64,000 nt of DNA from an uncultured Candidatus Rokubacteria bacterium (GTDB taxonomy: Bacteria; Methylomirabilota; Methylomirabilia; Rokubacteriales; DASRDR01): NCBI GenBank assembly GCA_963826115.1, contig CAWGVS010000005.1:128001-192000 (forward strand), in the 5' to 3' direction. Under the pieces are notes generated by a model, which did no database searches, was not told where the DNA came from, and saw nothing but the letters and a program-made list of their open reading frames with translations. This document shows positions 60,971-64,000 of this stretch, one piece after another (position 1 is the stretch's first letter; each line of letters opens with the position of its first letter). Both the position numbers and the translations under genes were made by a program.

Positions 60971-63034
60971 ATGCCCTCGCGGATCGGCGGAACCGGACGA
61001 TGGACGCTCCGCCGCCGAGCGCGCCGAACCCATGCGGGAGCTGCTCCGATAGCCGATCTCGTCCACGCCGCCTGGACCGGGCTGGCCCAGGTCGTCGCCT
61101 GGCCCACGTTCGGGCTGATGCTGATCGGCGTCGCCATCGGATTCGCCGTCGGCATCCTGCCTGGACTCGGGGGCCCGACGACGCTCGCCCTGATGCTCCC
61201 GTTCGTCCTCAAGATGAATCCGGTCGAGGCGTTCGCGTTCCTCCTCGGGATGCTTGCGGTGACGAGCACGACGGGGGATATCACGTCGATCCTCTTCGGC
61301 ATCCCGGGCGAGCCGACGTCGGCGGCCGTCATCGTGGACGGCCACGCGATGGCCAAGCGCGGGGAGGCGGGCCGAGCCCTCGGGGCCGCCATGATGAGCT
61401 CCCTCATCGGCGCCATCTTCGGCGCGCTGGTCCTCGGGCTCGCCATCCCCCTCGTGCGGCCCCTCGTGCTCGCCTTCGGCTCGCCGGAGTTCTTCATGCT
61501 GGCGGTGTTGGGGATCACGTTCGTGGCGTCGCTGAGCGGCGAGGCCCTGCTCCCCGGGCTGGTGGCGGGGGCGCTCGGCCTCTGGCTGGCGACGATCGGC
61601 CTCGATCCGCTCACCGGGATCCAGCGCTACACGTTCGGCCAGCTCTTCCTCTGGGACGGGATCGGGCTCGTGCCGGTGACGATCGGGTTCTACGCGATCC
61701 CGGAGCTGGTGGACCTCGCGGTCCACCGCTCGAGCATCGCCCAGGTGGACGTTGGCCCCGTGGGCGGGGTGTGGCAGGGAGTCCGCGACGCGTTTCGTCA
61801 CTGGTTCTTGGTCCTCCGGTGCAGCGCGGTGGGCACGTTCGTGTCCGTGATCCCGGGGCTCGGAGCGGCGACCACGCAGTGGCTCGCGTACGCCCACGCC
61901 GTGCAGAGCTCGCCCGATCGGGCGCGCTTCGGGAAGGGCGCGGTGGAGGGCGTTCTCGGTCCGGGGGCGGCCAACAACTCGACTCTCGGCGGGAGCCTGG
62001 TCACCACGGTGGCGTTCGGCGTCCCGGCCAGCGTCAGCACCGCGATCCTCATGGGGGCCTTCTTCATCCAGGGGCTGGTGCCGGGCCCGTCCATGCTCGC
62101 GCCGGCGCCGAAGGGCAACCTGGCGGTGACGCTCGCGATGGTGTGGACGATCGTGATCTCGAACGTGATCACGGTCGCGGTGTGCCTCCTCTTCATGAGC
62201 CAGCTGGCCCGCATCACGCGGATCCGCGGAACGCTCCTCGTCCCGCTCATCCTGACGCTCGTGTACGTCGGGGCGTTCGCCGAGAAGAACGTCTTCGAGG
62301 ACCTCGGCGTGGTGCTCCTGTTCGGCGCGCTGGGGCTCGCCATGGCCCGGCTCGGCTGGCCCCGGCCGCCCCTCCTCCTGGGCCTCGTGCTGGGGCCCCT
62401 GGCGGAGAACCGGCTCTTCCTCGCGACGGACAACTACGGCGCGGCCTGGCTCCTGCGTCCCGGCGTGCTGCTGCTCCTCGGGGTCGCGGCGGTCGGGATC
62501 GTGGTGCCGCTCCTCCGGCGGCGGAGACGACCGTCCCCGCCGGTCGAGGCGGAAGCGTCGCTCGCGCGCCCGCATCGCCGCCTGGACGCCCGCGTCGCCT
62601 TCAGTCTCGGGGTCGTGCTGCTCTTCCTCTGGGCGCTCTGGCAGAGTCGGGGCTTCGGCGTGCGGGCCGGGTTGTTCCCGTGGGCGGTGACCGTGCCGGG
62701 GCTGTGTCTGGCGATCGCGCAGCTCGCGCGGGATCTGGCGGGGACGCCCGCGCGGAGTCCCACACCGGAGCTCCCGTCCGAGGAGAGCGGGAACCGCACC
62801 GTCGAGATCGCCGCGTGGATCGTCGGGATGTTCGCCGCGATCTGGTTCCTCGGCTTCGCCGCTGCGACGCTTCTGACGACGTTCCTCTATCTCAAGCTGG
62901 GGGCGCGCGAGCGCTGGGCGACCAGCCTCGTACTGAGCCTCGCCGCCTTTCTCTTCGTGTACGGCCTGTTCCAACACGCGCTGGGCGTGCCGTTCCCGCC
63001 GGGCCGGGCGCTTGACTGGCTCGGGTACGGCTAG
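60971..63034 (+). CDS. tctA: Tripartite tricarboxylate transporter TctA with fused C-terminal TctB-like domain (start uncertain)
   Basis: GILPGLGG, ILFGIPGE, DGHAMAKRGEAG, GAANNS, FGVP; extra ~150 aa with 4 TMs ending LFQHALGVPFP. Confidence 0.88.
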   Translation: MPSRIGGTGRWTLRRRARRTHAGAAPIADLVHAAWTGLAQVVAWPTFGLMLIGVAIGFAVGILPGLGGPTTLALMLPFVLKMNPVEAFAFLLGMLAVTSTTGDITSILFGIPGEPTSAAVIVDGHAMAKRGEAGRALGAAMMSSLIGAIFGALVLGLAIPLVRPLVLAFGSPEFFMLAVLGITFVASLSGEALLPGLVAGALGLWLATIGLDPLTGIQRYTFGQLFLWDGIGLVPVTIGFYAIPELVDLAVHRSSIAQVDVGPVGGVWQGVRDAFRHWFLVLRCSAVGTFVSVIPGLGAATTQWLAYAHAVQSSPDRARFGKGAVEGVLGPGAANNSTLGGSLVTTVAFGVPASVSTAILMGAFFIQGLVPGPSMLAPAPKGNLAVTLAMVWTIVISNVITVAVCLLFMSQLARITRIRGTLLVPLILTLVYVGAFAEKNVFEDLGVVLLFGALGLAMARLGWPRPPLLLGLVLGPLAENRLFLATDNYGAAWLLRPGVLLLLGVAAVGIVVPLLRRRRRPSPPVEAEASLARPHRRLDARVAFSLGVVLLFLWALWQSRGFGVRAGLFPWAVTVPGLCLAIAQLARDLAGTPARSPTPELPSEESGNRTVEIAAWIVGMFAAIWFLGFAAATLLTTFLYLKLGARERWATSLVLSLAAFLFVYGLFQHALGVPFPPGRALDWLGYG

Positions 63035-63066
63035 CCCGCGACGCCGGAGACGGAGGAGGACACCAG

Positions 63067-63801
63067 GTGTCGGAAGAGACTGGCCTCGAATCGGTGCTGG
63101 ACGACCTCGTCATCGCCAACCGCATTCTTGCCAACGAAGGCGTCATCGACGCCTTCGGCCACGTGAGCGTCCGGCATCCGGGGCGCGCGGACCGCTACCT
63201 CCTGGCGCGGTCCCGGAGCCCGGAACTCGTCGAGCGCGGCGACGTGATGGAGTTCGACCTCGACAACCAACCGATCGACGAGCGCGGGCGCACGATGTAC
63301 TCCGAGCGGCCGATCCACGGGTCGACGTACCGGACCCGCCCGGACGTGAGGGCCGTGTGCCACAATCACGCGCGCTCGCTCATCCCGTTCGGCGTCACGG
63401 GGACGTCGCTCCGGCCGGTCTTCCACATCGCGGGCTCGCTCGGCGCCGAGATCCCCGTCTGGGACGTCCGGGAGGAGTTCGGCGACACCGACCTCCTCGT
63501 CACGACCCCGGCCCTCGGCGATTCCCTGGCGCGGAAGCTCGGCCGGCACCGCGTGTGCCTGATGCGAGGTCACGGCGCCGTGGTGGCCACGCACGACCTG
63601 AAGGCGACCGTCTTCGTCTCGATCTACCTGATGGTGAACGCCGCGCTCGTCAAGGAGGCGCGCGAGCTGGGCGAGGTGACCTACCTGAGTGACGGGGAGA
63701 TCCGGCTCACCGAGCAGATGAATTTCCGGGCGCGCTCGCAGAACCGCGCGTGGGAGTACTGGGCCCGGCGGGCCGGCTTCGCCACCACGGTCAACGACTG
63801 A
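63067..63801 (+). CDS. Class II aldolase/adducin family protein
   Basis: DAFGHVSVR, SERPIH, VCHNHA, LMRGHG; GGAGGAGG RBS. Confidence 0.92.
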   Translation: MSEETGLESVLDDLVIANRILANEGVIDAFGHVSVRHPGRADRYLLARSRSPELVERGDVMEFDLDNQPIDERGRTMYSERPIHGSTYRTRPDVRAVCHNHARSLIPFGVTGTSLRPVFHIAGSLGAEIPVWDVREEFGDTDLLVTTPALGDSLARKLGRHRVCLMRGHGAVVATHDLKATVFVSIYLMVNAALVKEARELGEVTYLSDGEIRLTEQMNFRARSQNRAWEYWARRAGFATTVND

Positions 63802-63827
63802 CGGGCGGGCGCCGCCGCGCCCGCCCG
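63802..63827. terminator. Hairpin between convergent genes
   Basis: CGGGCGGGCGC-cgcc-GCGCCCGCCCG. Confidence 0.5.
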
Positions 63828-63841
63828 CCGGAGCTGGCGCT

Positions 63842-64000
63842 CTAGTTGTAGAGGAGGTCCTTCAGCCTCGCCACCAGAGCGGGGTCCAGCGTGAAGAGCT
63901 CGGCGACCATCTTCTCGAGCTCCTCGCCGGTCACGGGATCCAGGGTCAGCTTGGCCTTCTCCGCCTCCGCCAGGAACCCCGGGTCCTTCAGGGTGTCTCG
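63842..64000 (-). CDS. C-terminus of a Bug/TctC tripartite tricarboxylate-binding protein (partial)
   Basis: Manual translation: RDTLKDPGFLAEAEKAKLTLDPVTGEELEKMVAELFTLDPALVARLKDLLYN*. Confidence 0.8.
   Translation of the reverse strand, partial: RDTLKDPGFLAEAEKAKLTLDPVTGEELEKMVAELFTLDPALVARLKDLLYN

Overview
A 64-kb stretch of very GC-rich bacterial chromosome with about 52 densely packed genes. The gene repertoire (tandem-GAF sensors with the 'ELEARNRDLTEALEQQTAT' linker, many LLM oxidoreductases, TRAP/TTT transporters) resembles Rokubacteriales/Methylomirabilota-type soil bacteria; this is inference, not proven. Contents: a four-carbon acid-sugar catabolic operon (DUF1537 kinase, pdxA, decarboxylating dehydrogenase, Zn dehydrogenase), TRAP and TTT transporters, ccdA, thrB, dcd, an IOR-type oxidoreductase, a LysR regulator, a MoxR/DUF58/vWA/TPR operon, two large multi-GAF hybrid histidine kinases and a flavin/aromatic catabolic block. 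Most notable: (1) a Pup (prokaryotic ubiquitin-like, C-terminal GGE) gene inside a promoter-to-terminator dcd-pup-fmdB operon with no proteasome, pafA, dop or arc gene in the window; (2) an OsmC-family ORF split by an in-frame TGA at the catalytic Cys position and followed by a SECIS-like hairpin (probable selenoprotein); (3) at least six sigma70-type promoters whose -10 box lies 7-8 nt before the start codon (leaderless mRNAs); (4) a tandem LysR-type operator, a sigma54 promoter driving a binding-protein/kinase pair, and a structured ~200-nt leader. Five single-base frameshifts in otherwise intact genes are most likely assembly indels. I saw no rRNA, tRNA, CRISPR array or transposase.
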